Shown here piece by piece: positions 9,092 through 19,084 of a stretch of DNA of 64,000 bases (position 1 is its first letter; each line of letters begins with the position of its first letter). The notes under the pieces were generated by a model. It was not told where the DNA came from and did not search any database. It saw only the letters and a program-made list of their open reading frames with translations. The stretch lies in NCBI GenBank assembly GCA_902612965.1, contig CACMFN010000008.1, forward strand, positions 6,560 through 70,559, written 5' to 3'. The position numbers and the translations under genes were made by a program. The DNA is from an uncultured SAR116 cluster alpha proteobacterium. GTDB lineage: Bacteria; Pseudomonadota; Alphaproteobacteria; Puniceispirillales; GCA-002684695.

Positions 9092-9814
9092 ATGAATATT
9101 TGGGGTAAACTAATTGGTGGTGCAACTGGTTTTGCAATTGGAGGTCCAATTGGAGGTCTCTTAGGCACACTAGCAGGTCACGCAATCGATTCAAAAATAA
9201 TTCCAAAATATATCAATGTTAATAATAATTATGAAAGCATTGTTTTTACTGCAGGCGTAATTGCGCTTTCAGCTAAGATGGCAAAGGCCGATGGACGAGT
9301 TACAAAAGAAGAAATACTTACATTTAGAAAGTTTGTCCAAATTCCAAAGGAAAATATTGATGAAGTTAGTAAGTTATGGGAATTGGCCAAAGAAACAACA
9401 AATGGCTATGAACTTTATGCAAGACAAATTTATAATTTTTTTAAAAACGAAAAAGAGATATTAGTTAAAATCTTAGATTTATTATTTGAAATTGCAAAGT
9501 CAGATGGAAACATTAAATCAGAAGAATTAAATTACCTTGAGGTGGTGTCAAAGATATTTAATTTAGATGAAAAGACTTTTAGGCAACTTTTTGCTCAACA
9601 TAAGTCAGAAGGAAACCCATATGACATACTTGGGGTCCAATCAACAGACGATTTTGAAGAAATTCAAAGAGTATGGAAGCAAATGGTCAAAAATAATCAT
9701 CCTGACAAATTAATGGGTAAAGGCATGCCAATTGAGTTCATTAATACAGCAAATCACAGATTGGCTGCCATTAATTCTGCATTTGAAGAAATTAAAAATT
9801 TAAATAAACTTTAA
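9092..9814 (+). CDS. djlA: DjlA-like co-chaperone (TM + TerB-like + J domain)
   Basis: Gly-rich N-terminal TM, AKMAKADG, C-terminal J domain with HPD. Confidence 0.9.
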   Translation: MNIWGKLIGGATGFAIGGPIGGLLGTLAGHAIDSKIIPKYINVNNNYESIVFTAGVIALSAKMAKADGRVTKEEILTFRKFVQIPKENIDEVSKLWELAKETTNGYELYARQIYNFFKNEKEILVKILDLLFEIAKSDGNIKSEELNYLEVVSKIFNLDEKTFRQLFAQHKSEGNPYDILGVQSTDDFEEIQRVWKQMVKNNHPDKLMGKGMPIEFINTANHRLAAINSAFEEIKNLNKL

Positions 9815-9845
9815 ATTAATAATTTTAGAGTAAGATTTACCAAAA

Positions 9846-9875
9846 TTGACAATTCAATTAAAATATTGTCATGTA
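9846..9875 (+). promoter_or_regulatory. Probable sigma70 promoter of rnpB
   Basis: Perfect TTGACA at 9846-9851, about 28 nt upstream of the RNA 5' end; -10 degenerate. Confidence 0.5.
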
Positions 9876-9878
9876 AAA

Positions 9879-10241
9879 GAGGCAGATTATCGGATAGTCG
9901 CTGTAACCACAGAGGAAAGTCCGGGCTCCACAAGACAATGATGCCGGGTAATTCCCGGCTAGGATAAAATCCTAAGGGAAAGTGCAACAGAAAATATACC
10001 GCCTTAATTGGTAAGGTTGAAAAGGTGAGGTAAGAGCTCACCGCAAATATGGCAACATATTTGGCAGTGTAAACCCCATCAGGAGCAAGACCATATAGAG
10101 GTGTATGTATTTATTACAAACTAGTCTTGGTTTATCACCTGGGTAGGTCGCTTGAGATCATTAGCAATAATGATTCTAGATGAATGGCTATCATTAATAA
10201 TTACTATTAATACAGAACCCGGCTTATAGATAATCTGTCTC
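9879..10241 (+). ncRNA. rnpB: RNase P RNA (bacterial type A)
   Basis: GAGGAAAGTCCGGGCTCC, AGTGCAACAGAAA, AAACCCCA-x-CAGGAGCAAG, ACAGAACCCGGCTTA; P1 pairing GAGGCAGATTATC / GATAATCTGTCTC. Confidence 0.97.
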
Positions 10242-10256
10242 AAAATCAATTAATGA

Positions 10257-10273
10257 AGAACAAAAATGGAACA
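10257..10273. promoter_or_regulatory. Putative LexA (SOS) box, alphaproteobacterial type
   Basis: A-GAAC-AAAAATG-GAAC-A matches GAAC-N7-GAAC exactly; intergenic. Confidence 0.65.
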
Positions 10274-10307
10274 TATATATCTTTATTTGTTTTCTATCAA
10301 TATTTAG

Positions 10308-10350
10308 TTGACTTACCATGAAATCCCATGTTAACCCATATTATCCCATT
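10308..10350 (+). promoter_or_regulatory. dcw promoter region with putative MraZ operator repeats
   Basis: TTGACT at 10308-10313; CCAT at 10316, 10326, 10336, 10346 (10-bp period; ATGGG on the minus strand); AAGGAGG SD at 10359. Confidence 0.7.
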
Positions 10351-10370
10351 TATTTTTTAAGGAGGGTAAA

Positions 10371-10847
10371 GTGGACCTATTTTTGTCCACATTTGAAAGT
10401 AAAATCGACAAGAAAGGAAGGGCATCTATTCCTGCAAGATACCGTTCATTATTAGAAAGAAATAATGAAGAGTTGATTTTATTTACGACACCTGAAACAC
10501 AATACATACAAGGTTGTGGCAATAATTATATTAACAGATTGTGGCAGACCAATCTTGAACTCGACCAAGTTTCAGATGAAGCTTTGTATATTCAAGACAT
10601 TTTATCAGATTCAACTCATGTGAAAATTGATGCTGAAGGTAGGGTTTTGCTATCCGAAAATTTAATTAATGTCGCAGACCTTGAACAAACTATTTTATTT
10701 GCTGGAAGAGGTGAAACTTTTCAAATTTGGAATCCCAATAAATATATCTCAGAAAAGGAAGAACGTTCAAAACGTTTTAAATTGGCTGGACCACAAACAT
10801 TGATGCTAAAAAAAAACAATGAATTATTAAATGAAAAAAATAAATAA
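10371..10847 (+). CDS. mraZ: Transcriptional regulator MraZ
   Basis: IDKKGRASIP and IDAEGRVLL AbrB-like repeats, FAGRGETFQIW; first gene of the dcw cluster. Confidence 0.95.
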   Translation: MDLFLSTFESKIDKKGRASIPARYRSLLERNNEELILFTTPETQYIQGCGNNYINRLWQTNLELDQVSDEALYIQDILSDSTHVKIDAEGRVLLSENLINVADLEQTILFAGRGETFQIWNPNKYISEKEERSKRFKLAGPQTLMLKKNNELLNEKNK

Positions 10848-11784
10848 ACATACTCCCGTTTTACTAAATGAAACTATAAAAAACTTAAATCTTAAAGATG
10901 ACGGAGTATACGTTGATGCCACTCTTGGTATGGGTGGGTATACAAGAAAAATTTTAGATAATTCTAATTGCACATTAATTGGAATTGACAGGGATCCATT
11001 TGCAATTAAAGAAGCATTGCCACTTATAAAAAAATATGGCGTTCGTCTAAAACTTATTAACGGGTTATTTTCAAACATTGAGCAAATACTAAAAGAATTA
11101 AAAATCCAAAGGATTAATGGAATTACTTTTGATTTTGGAGTTTCATCTCCACAACTTGAAAACCACAAAAGAGGGTTTAGTTTTAAGCTTGATGGACCTC
11201 TAGATATGAGAATGGGTCAAAATAATTTCTCAGCTTCAGATTTTATAAATAAAAATGACCAAATTACGATAGAGAATATTCTAAGAGTTTACGGTGAAGA
11301 GAAAAAAGCAAGACAATTATCAAAAGCAATTATTTCATCAAGACCTATCGAAACCACAAAACAATTAGCAGAAATTATTTATACAATTTTAGGAACTCCT
11401 AAAAAAAATAAAATTAACCCTGCAACTAAAACCTTTCAAGCTATTCGAATTGCAGTAAATAATGAACTAGAGGAAATTAAAACTGCCCTTAATGCATCCC
11501 TTAAATTATTAGCCCCAAAAGGAAGAATTTTAGCTGTTTCATTTCATTCACTCGAGGATAGGATAGTAAAAAAGTTTTTTCATGAAAATAGTGATTTAAA
11601 AGAGAATTCAAATAGACACCTACCACCATCATTTAATAGTACTCCAAAACTTAAAATAATATCTAAGAAACCAATATTGCCTAATGAAACAGAGTTAAAT
11701 CATAATATTAGATCAAGATCGGCCAAGTTAAGAGTAGCTGAAAAACTTCCCCAAAAAAATAAAAATATAAGTGAGGCAGCTTAA
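10831..11784 (+). CDS. rsmH: 16S rRNA m4C1402 methyltransferase RsmH (MraW)
   Basis: HTPVLL, DATLGMGGY, GVSSPQL, PLDMRM, FQAIRIAVN, SFHSLEDR, RSRSAKLR. Confidence 0.97.
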   Translation: MKKINKHTPVLLNETIKNLNLKDDGVYVDATLGMGGYTRKILDNSNCTLIGIDRDPFAIKEALPLIKKYGVRLKLINGLFSNIEQILKELKIQRINGITFDFGVSSPQLENHKRGFSFKLDGPLDMRMGQNNFSASDFINKNDQITIENILRVYGEEKKARQLSKAIISSRPIETTKQLAEIIYTILGTPKKNKINPATKTFQAIRIAVNNELEEIKTALNASLKLLAPKGRILAVSFHSLEDRIVKKFFHENSDLKENSNRHLPPSFNSTPKLKIISKKPILPNETELNHNIRSRSAKLRVAEKLPQKNKNISEAA

Positions 11785-12134
11785 TGTGGAAATTTTCAAT
11801 TATTTGTAGTTTTATGGCAATTTTTACAGGAATTATACTTAATTTAATATCCAATTCAATTCATGACAAAAGGAAACAGTTATCAGAATTAGAAAAAAGA
11901 ATTGAACAGAAAATTGAAAAATTAAAAATATTAGAAACCGAGTGGGAATTTCATACTCAACCAGACAAACTTATGCAAATTGCTGAAGATAAGTTAGGCA
12001 TGTCCACTAAAGAAATTGAGCAATTTACCAAAATAGAAATTGTGAAATTACGAAGCTCAGCTTGGAAACTTGATTTAGGTGTTACTAAAGAAAACTTATT
12101 GAAAGATATTGATTATAAAAAAGTGAGAAACTAA
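11784..12134 (+). CDS. ftsL: Cell division protein FtsL
   Basis: TM + coiled coil, LETEWxxxxxPxxL; lies between rsmH and ftsI. Confidence 0.85.
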   Translation: MWKFSIICSFMAIFTGIILNLISNSIHDKRKQLSELEKRIEQKIEKLKILETEWEFHTQPDKLMQIAEDKLGMSTKEIEQFTKIEIVKLRSSAWKLDLGVTKENLLKDIDYKKVRN

Positions 12135-12137
12135 AGT

Positions 12138-13826
12138 ATGTGGACAAATGATAGATTTATTCTTGCTTCTAAAGAAATAAAAAAAGCTCGAAGGAGGCTA
12201 TTGGTATCATTTGTTTTTGTTTTTTCAGTATTTATAGGAATATTTTCACAAATACTATCCTTTCCATTTCAAGAAAAAAACAAACTTTTATTAGCAAATC
12301 AATTAGCAAATAGTGATGACAGAGCTAAAATAACTGATAGGAATAATAATATTCTAGCAATTAGCGTTCCAGCTTGGACAATGTATGCTGATCCAATTGA
12401 GGTTTTAGAACCAACTAAAACAGCAGCTTTTCTTCACCATTTGATGCCTGAGAAAGATCTTAATTTTTTAAATAAAAAATTAAACCTAAATAAAAGATTT
12501 GTTGAAATTGATAGAGTTACAAGCCCTAAAAGATACCAAACAATTTTTAATTCCGGAATAACAGGTATTCATTTTTTAAAAATTCAAGCAAGAATTTATC
12601 CAAAAGGTGATTTGGCATCTCATATATTAGGAAATGTAAGTAAAGATGGTGAGGGTTTAGCAGGAATTGAAAGGCAATTTGATACTGCGCTTAAGTCTTC
12701 TAAAAACCCTGTAAAACTTACAATTGATAGTAATATACAATATATTTTACAATCTGAAATAAAAAAACAAATAGATTTTTTTGATGCAGACGCTGGAGCT
12801 GGTGTTGTTTTAAACATTCAAAATGGGGAGGTTTTGGGTTTAAGTTCATTTCCATCATTTGATGTTAATTATTTTGGAGAAGCCTCAAGAAATGAGATTT
12901 TTAACAGAGCAACATTTGCGAGTTACGATATGGGCTCTACATTTAAATTAATTAATACAGCAATTGCTTTAGACAGTGGAAAAGTAAACTTAAAAGATAA
13001 ATTCGACACCACAAAGCCTCTATATATTGGAAAACATAAAGTTGATGATTTTAGATATTTGAAAAGACCAGCCAATGTTGCTGAAATACTTATTAATTCA
13101 TCAAATATTGGTTCGGCATTAATTGCTGAAAAAGTTGGTCCAAAAATTCAAAAAAATTATTTTGACTTGTTAGAATTAACAAAAAAAGCTGATTTGCCTT
13201 TAATGGAAGTTTCTAAACCTATTTTCAATGAAAAATGGACAAAATCGAATTCTATGACTGCTTCATATGGTTACGGCCTGGCAGTCTCCCCTATTCAGTT
13301 GGCAAGTGCAGTAGCCTGCATATTTAACAAAGGTGATTTTATCAAACCTAAACTGATTGTTGATAATAAAGAAACTATTAAAAAAAGAGTTTTCAGTGAA
13401 AAAACATCATATTTAATGCGTAAACTTGCAAGAGCTGTAGTGACACATCCTGATGGTTCAGGAAAAAAATCAGACGCATTTGGATATTTTGTTGGAGGTA
13501 AAACTGGGACTGCAGAAATGATAAATGGCAGTGGTGGCTTTCAAAAGCATTCTAATTTATCATCTTTTGTTGGGGCTTTTCCTATTAATAATCCAGAATA
13601 CTTAATACTAGTTTTAATTGAAAATCCTAAACCACAAATTGAAAAATTAAATCATCATTTTACTACAGGTGGTCAAGTCGCAGCACCAGTTGTAAAGGAA
13701 ATTGTAAAGAAAATTGCCCCAATATTAAATATCCATCCTGTTGTCACAGATTTGCCTAAAATAGAACAATCTTTGAAGCTTGAAATACTAAGTAACAAAG
13801 TGAGGTTAACTAATGCATCTCTCTGA
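12138..13826 (+). CDS. ftsI: PBP3 transpeptidase FtsI
   Basis: RAKITDRN, GSTFK (SxxK), SSN (SxN), KTGTA. Confidence 0.95.
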   Translation: MWTNDRFILASKEIKKARRRLLVSFVFVFSVFIGIFSQILSFPFQEKNKLLLANQLANSDDRAKITDRNNNILAISVPAWTMYADPIEVLEPTKTAAFLHHLMPEKDLNFLNKKLNLNKRFVEIDRVTSPKRYQTIFNSGITGIHFLKIQARIYPKGDLASHILGNVSKDGEGLAGIERQFDTALKSSKNPVKLTIDSNIQYILQSEIKKQIDFFDADAGAGVVLNIQNGEVLGLSSFPSFDVNYFGEASRNEIFNRATFASYDMGSTFKLINTAIALDSGKVNLKDKFDTTKPLYIGKHKVDDFRYLKRPANVAEILINSSNIGSALIAEKVGPKIQKNYFDLLELTKKADLPLMEVSKPIFNEKWTKSNSMTASYGYGLAVSPIQLASAVACIFNKGDFIKPKLIVDNKETIKKRVFSEKTSYLMRKLARAVVTHPDGSGKKSDAFGYFVGGKTGTAEMINGSGGFQKHSNLSSFVGAFPINNPEYLILVLIENPKPQIEKLNHHFTTGGQVAAPVVKEIVKKIAPILNIHPVVTDLPKIEQSLKLEILSNKVRLTNASL

Positions 13827-15291
13827 TTTAAATAATCCTGAGATTTTACTTCCAAAAAATGCGGACAAAATTCCCATTAAGTCTATAACATCTGACAGCA
13901 GAAAATTAACTAAAGACTGTATGTTTGTAGCCATAAAAGGTTATGAAAAAGATGGGCACGATTTTATCGATGAAGCAATATCTGGTGGCGCAAGCAATAT
14001 TTTAGTAGATTATAATTATAAAGTTACAAAGAAACTACCTTTATCTAAATCTAAGAATGTTAGAAAAGCATTAGCTCTTGTAGCCTCAATATATTTCAAT
14101 AAACAGCCTAATATTATTGCAGCTGTCACCGGTACAAATGGCAAGACTTCAGTATGTACTTTTTTGAAGCAAATATGGGATTTAAATAATTTCCAATCAG
14201 CTTCCTTAGGAACATTAGGATTAAATGCTAGTAAAGAAGTAAAGCATAAAGTAACACAAAATGAAAATTTAACAACTTTAGAGCCAATAGAGCTTCATGA
14301 ATGTATTTCTAAAATTAAACGATTAGGTGTTGATCGTCTTGCTTTAGAAGCATCTTCCCACGGCCTAGAACAACATAGGCTTGACGGTGTTAAGGTTTCA
14401 TTAGCTTGTTTTACAAATTTATCACATGATCATATAGATTTTCATAAGTCTTTAAATAACTACAAAAAACAAAAATTTAGGCTTTTTACAGAAATTCTTC
14501 AGGACAGTGGTACGGCTGTCATAAATATTGATGATGTGAACAGTAAGGAGCTTTTAGACAAACTTCATAAACGCAACGTTAATATTATTACTTTTGGAAA
14601 ATCACCTAATGCAAATTGGAAAATTAAAAAAATTTTTGAAACTGGAGATCATAAAACTTTTGAATTATTTGTAAATAAAAACAGTTTCATTGTCCCTACT
14701 GCATTAAATTCTAACTTTCAAATTTACAACGCTGTAGCTGCAGCCTGTTTAGCTCAAGCTAGTGGCATTCCATTGGAGCATTCGTTAGAATCTCTAAAAA
14801 ACTTGGTCTCTCCTAAAGGGAGAATGCAGGAATTGAAATCACATAATGGGGCTAAAATTTATATTGATTTTAGTCATACGCCTGACGCTTTAGAGAGTAT
14901 TTTAAAGGAAAAATCAAAACAAAATTCAAAATTATTTTTGGTTATCGGATGTGGAGGCAACAGAGACAATCAAAAAAGAAAAATTATAGGCCATATAGCT
15001 AGTAAATACTCATTCAAAGCAATCATTACCGATGACAATCCTAGGAATGAAAACCCTAAAGAAATTAGAAGTGAAATAATAAGAGGAAAGCTAAAAAATA
15101 AGGATAACTTAATTGAAATCGCTGACAGAAAGCAAGCTATTTTAAAAGTTTTAGACATGTCTCGTAAGGGCGATATTGTAATTATAGCTGGCAAAGGTCA
15201 TGAAAAGTATCAAATTTATGGAAATCAGAAAATACCACATGACGACTTTAAATTTTGCCAAGACATTATTAAAAATAAAGGGCAAAAATAA
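13813..15291 (+). CDS. murE: UDP-MurNAc-dipeptide--meso-DAP ligase MurE
   Basis: TGTNGKT, EASSH, DFSHTPD, DNPR (DAP-specific), AGKGHE. Confidence 0.96.
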   Translation: MHLSDLNNPEILLPKNADKIPIKSITSDSRKLTKDCMFVAIKGYEKDGHDFIDEAISGGASNILVDYNYKVTKKLPLSKSKNVRKALALVASIYFNKQPNIIAAVTGTNGKTSVCTFLKQIWDLNNFQSASLGTLGLNASKEVKHKVTQNENLTTLEPIELHECISKIKRLGVDRLALEASSHGLEQHRLDGVKVSLACFTNLSHDHIDFHKSLNNYKKQKFRLFTEILQDSGTAVINIDDVNSKELLDKLHKRNVNIITFGKSPNANWKIKKIFETGDHKTFELFVNKNSFIVPTALNSNFQIYNAVAAACLAQASGIPLEHSLESLKNLVSPKGRMQELKSHNGAKIYIDFSHTPDALESILKEKSKQNSKLFLVIGCGGNRDNQKRKIIGHIASKYSFKAIITDDNPRNENPKEIRSEIIRGKLKNKDNLIEIADRKQAILKVLDMSRKGDIVIIAGKGHEKYQIYGNQKIPHDDFKFCQDIIKNKGQK

Positions 15292-16734
15292 ATGGAGCTT
15301 TGGAATTCACATGAACTTTGTAAAGCAGTCAACGGAAAATCTCTGAATAATAGTTTCTGGCAAGCCAGTAGTATATCCATAGACACGAGATCCATTAAAG
15401 ATGGTGGCGTCTTCTTTGCATTAAAAGGAAATAAAGTAGATGGACATAAATTTATAAATCATGCTTTTGAAAATGGTGCCGTAGCAGTTGTTGCCAACAA
15501 AAAACATAAAATTGAGCATGAAAATAAAAATATTATAAAGGTAGATGACACATATAAAGCACTTGAGACGCTTGGAGTAAACAGGAGAGAAGTTAGTTTA
15601 TCAAAACTAATAGCAATTACTGGCAGTGTTGGGAAAACTACCGTAAAAGATTATCTTTTTTCTATCTTAAGCAATAAGTTCCATTGTTATGCAAATGAGG
15701 GTAATTATAATAACAAAATTGGTGTTCCACTAAGCATTTCTCAAATACCAAAAAATGCTAAATTCGCAATTCAAGAAATGGGAATGTCCTTTTCAAATGA
15801 AATTAAATATCTATCAAATTTAACCAAACCAAATCTTTCAATAATCACAAATATTGGAAGTTCACATATTGGAAATTTCAAAAACTTATCTGATATAGCA
15901 TTAGCAAAATCAGAGATTTTTTACGGCATGAAAAAAGACGGCATTGTTATTCTTCCTGGTGAAAGCAAGCATTTAGACATTCTTAAGTCCGAAGCTAGGA
16001 ACCGTGGGCTAAAAAATTTATTTTTTTTCGGAATAGATAGTAATAATGACTGTTTTATTATTAGTAAAAGGAATAGATACAATATCATTGAGGTAACTGT
16101 TTCTATTATGGGAGAAAAATTATCTTTTAAAATTAACAGCCATCAAAATCATAATATTTTAAATACAGCTGCAGCAATTCTAGCTGCAAAAACTTTAGGA
16201 TTAACTAATAAAGAAATAGATCAAAGTTTATCAGTTTTTAATTCAGTAGAAAGAAGAGGTAAAATATACTATTTAAATCATCCTTCTGGATCAAAAGTTA
16301 CACTCGTTGATGACAGTTATAACGCAAGTTATGAATCTACCTCTTCTGCTTTAAAATCACTAAGAAACTTATCTCTTTCTAAACCACTTTTGATATTAGG
16401 AGATATGCTTGAATTAGGAAAATTTTCAGCTCAAGAGCATAAAAAATTAATTCCTATTATTAAAAATACAAATCCAAGACTAGTAATATTTATTGGAGAG
16501 GCAATGTCAAAAATCTCTAAAGAAATTAATAGTAATTTTGATTGTATATGCTTTGAAAGCTCTCACAAAGCAAAGAAAGAAATCCCTAATCTAATAAAAA
16601 ATAATGATCTAGTGTTAATAAAGGGTTCAAATGGCATGAATTTAAATTTGATCACTTTGGCAATAATTAATTTTTTCAAAAAATTGAAATTAAATAATAA
16701 TATTCATACTAAGGAACAGAACTATGCTGTATGA
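15292..16734 (+). CDS. murF: UDP-MurNAc-tripeptide--D-Ala-D-Ala ligase MurF
   Basis: [35 protein letters not shown]. Confidence 0.96.
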   Translation: MELWNSHELCKAVNGKSLNNSFWQASSISIDTRSIKDGGVFFALKGNKVDGHKFINHAFENGAVAVVANKKHKIEHENKNIIKVDDTYKALETLGVNRREVSLSKLIAITGSVGKTTVKDYLFSILSNKFHCYANEGNYNNKIGVPLSISQIPKNAKFAIQEMGMSFSNEIKYLSNLTKPNLSIITNIGSSHIGNFKNLSDIALAKSEIFYGMKKDGIVILPGESKHLDILKSEARNRGLKNLFFFGIDSNNDCFIISKRNRYNIIEVTVSIMGEKLSFKINSHQNHNILNTAAAILAAKTLGLTNKEIDQSLSVFNSVERRGKIYYLNHPSGSKVTLVDDSYNASYESTSSALKSLRNLSLSKPLLILGDMLELGKFSAQEHKKLIPIIKNTNPRLVIFIGEAMSKISKEINSNFDCICFESSHKAKKEIPNLIKNNDLVLIKGSNGMNLNLITLAIINFFKKLKLNNNIHTKEQNYAV

Positions 16735-17812
16735 ATTTCTATTCCCATTTGCCGAAAGTTTCCAATTTTTCAACGTTTTTAAATATATAACTTTTAGAAC
16801 TGGTGGCGCAATTCTTACGGCTTTAATCATAAGTTTTATTTTAGGTCCTTTCTTAATCAAAACGCTCAGAAATTTTCAGAAAGAAGGCCAGCCTATAAGA
16901 ATGGATGGCCCATCTGACCATATAATAAAAAAGAAAGGGACACCTACGATGGGAGGCATTTTAATACTTTTTGCTTCCTTAGGTTCTTCAATTTTATGGA
17001 TGAAACTTGATAATCAATTTGTTTGGACTGTATTACTAATAATGGTAGGTTTTGGCTCTATAGGAATAATTGATGATTGGATAAAACTATCCAAGAATTC
17101 CTCTTCAGGCTTAAATGGCAAGATCAAATTATCTTTGCAGATATTAATTACAATACCAGCAATTATGTCTATAATAGAAACTTCCCCACCTGATATTTTA
17201 AGTGGATTAGCAGTACCATTCCTTAAAGATACCTTTATTAATTTAGGGTATTTCTTTATACCATTTTCAATTTTTGTTGTGGTAGGCTCTTCAAATTCAG
17301 TAAATTTGACTGATGGACTGGATGGATTGGCCATTGTACCTGTCATGATTGCTGCTTCATGTTTTGCTTTAATAGCTTATCTAGTTGGAAATATAAATTT
17401 TTCTTCATATTTACAATTAAATTATGTGCCTGGGGTTGGTGAGATAGCAATTGTTTTAGGTGCATTATTTGGTGCTGGATTAGGTTTTCTGTGGTTTAAC
17501 GCTCCACCAGCTGAAATCTTTATGGGTGATACCGGCTCATTATCTTTAGGAGGTGTTATAGGGATATCTAGTGTAGCTACTAGACATGAACTAGTATTAG
17601 TCATAATTGGTGGTCTTTTTGTTGTAGAAACAATTTCTGTAATCTTACAGGTTGGTTATTTTAAGTTTACAGGAAAAAGAATCTTTCTTATGGCTCCTCT
17701 TCACCATCATTTTGAACAACGAGGATGGGAAGAGTCAACAATAGTTATAAGATTTTGGATAATTGCAGTTATTTTAGCTCTTATTGGTTTATCAACTCTG
17801 AAATTGAGATAA
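16724..17812 (+). CDS. mraY: Phospho-N-acetylmuramoyl-pentapeptide transferase
   Basis: [34 protein letters not shown]. Confidence 0.98.
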   Translation: MLYEFLFPFAESFQFFNVFKYITFRTGGAILTALIISFILGPFLIKTLRNFQKEGQPIRMDGPSDHIIKKKGTPTMGGILILFASLGSSILWMKLDNQFVWTVLLIMVGFGSIGIIDDWIKLSKNSSSGLNGKIKLSLQILITIPAIMSIIETSPPDILSGLAVPFLKDTFINLGYFFIPFSIFVVVGSSNSVNLTDGLDGLAIVPVMIAASCFALIAYLVGNINFSSYLQLNYVPGVGEIAIVLGALFGAGLGFLWFNAPPAEIFMGDTGSLSLGGVIGISSVATRHELVLVIIGGLFVVETISVILQVGYFKFTGKRIFLMAPLHHHFEQRGWEESTIVIRFWIIAVILALIGLSTLKLR

Positions 17813-17814
17813 GA

Positions 17815-19080
17815 ATGATGATACCTAAAAACATTGAAAATAAAGAAATAGGATTATTAGGATTAGGGGTTTCAGGAAAATCTGCATTCAAAAGCTTAAA
17901 AGCTGGTGGAGGTAATATATATGCATATGATGATAATATTTCTAATGACCCTATAGTTATAGAACCTGACAAATGGCCATGGGAAAAATTAAATAAAATT
18001 GTTGTTTCTCCTGGCATATCACTAAATCATCCAGTTATTAAAAAAGCTGAAACATTTAAAGTAGACATCATAAATGAAATTGATATTTTTGCTAACTCAA
18101 AGCCTAAAGCAAAAGTAATAGGGGTAACAGGCACTAACGGGAAATCTACAACATCGGCTTTACTTGGACATATTTTAAATTTAAATGGATTTAAGACCAA
18201 AGTAGGAGGAAATATCGGAGAAGCCGCCACTTCAATCGACGATCCTGGAGAAGACGGTTTTATAATATTAGAGCTTTCCTCTTTTCAACTTGAAACTTGC
18301 AGTGATTTAGAATTAGATGGTGCAATATTACTTAACATAACCCCAGATCATCTAGACTGGCATGGAAACTTAGATAACTATTTCAATTCAAAATTAAAAA
18401 TAGGAACCTTTCTAAAAGAAAGTGCGCCATTAGTTGTATCAAATACAAATAATCTAACCAAAAAAGCTTGTGAATTATTTCATAAAAATAAAATCAAAGT
18501 TATTGAAGTTTTGAAAAATGATATTTCGCATCTTCAGACAATTCTTGAAAACAAATTTTACAATGAAAACCATTTAACGATAATACAATTATTAAAAGAA
18601 TTTGGAGTTAAAAAAGATAAATCTATTGAGGCAATAAAATCATTTAATGAGTTGCCTCACAGATTAGAGTTTTGCTATCAAAAAAACAATATAACATTCA
18701 TAAACGATTCAAAAGCTACAAACGCTGAAGCAACTATCAATGCTTTAGAAAAATATAGAAATATTTATTGGATTGCTGGTGGTATAGGAAAAACAGACGG
18801 TGTTAAGGCAACTTTAAAGCATCTAAAAAATGTAAATAAATGTTATTTAATTGGTAAAAGTAAAAAAAATTTTTTTGAAACATTAAATTCCAAAATAGAT
18901 TGCACCATCTCAGACAATTTGTCTAAGGCTTTAAGAGAAATTTTTAAAGAAACATTAAACGATAGTAATGAAATTACTGTTCTTTTATCTCCAGCTGCAT
19001 CAAGTTTTGATCAATTTATGAATTTTGAAAATAGAGGTAATGCATTTAAATCCCTTATATCAGAGATATGGGAGCTTTAA
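17815..19080 (+). CDS. murD: UDP-MurNAc-L-Ala--D-Glu ligase MurD
   Basis: GLGVSG, SPGI, TGTNGKSTT, ELSSFQL, DHLD, NDSKATN, SPAASSFDQF; start moved to the ATG just after the mraY stop. Confidence 0.95.
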   Translation: MMIPKNIENKEIGLLGLGVSGKSAFKSLKAGGGNIYAYDDNISNDPIVIEPDKWPWEKLNKIVVSPGISLNHPVIKKAETFKVDIINEIDIFANSKPKAKVIGVTGTNGKSTTSALLGHILNLNGFKTKVGGNIGEAATSIDDPGEDGFIILELSSFQLETCSDLELDGAILLNITPDHLDWHGNLDNYFNSKLKIGTFLKESAPLVVSNTNNLTKKACELFHKNKIKVIEVLKNDISHLQTILENKFYNENHLTIIQLLKEFGVKKDKSIEAIKSFNELPHRLEFCYQKNNITFINDSKATNAEATINALEKYRNIYWIAGGIGKTDGVKATLKHLKNVNKCYLIGKSKKNFFETLNSKIDCTISDNLSKALREIFKETLNDSNEITVLLSPAASSFDQFMNFENRGNAFKSLISEIWEL

Positions 19081-19084
19081 TGTA

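Noticed and set aside
9811-10041. 76-aa minus-strand ORF
   Set aside because: It is the antisense shadow of the GC-richer RNase P RNA
10331-10522. 63-aa ORF antisense to mraZ as a possible small SOS division inhibitor
   Set aside because: Lies almost wholly opposite mraZ and ends before the LexA-type box, so the box could not control it; no SD seen
17725-19084. Long apparent overlaps of murD with mraY and of ftsW with murD (likewise tolB, purA, yebC and 5-FCL extensions)
   Set aside because: Artefacts of longest-ORF calling; downstream start codons match the family N-termini
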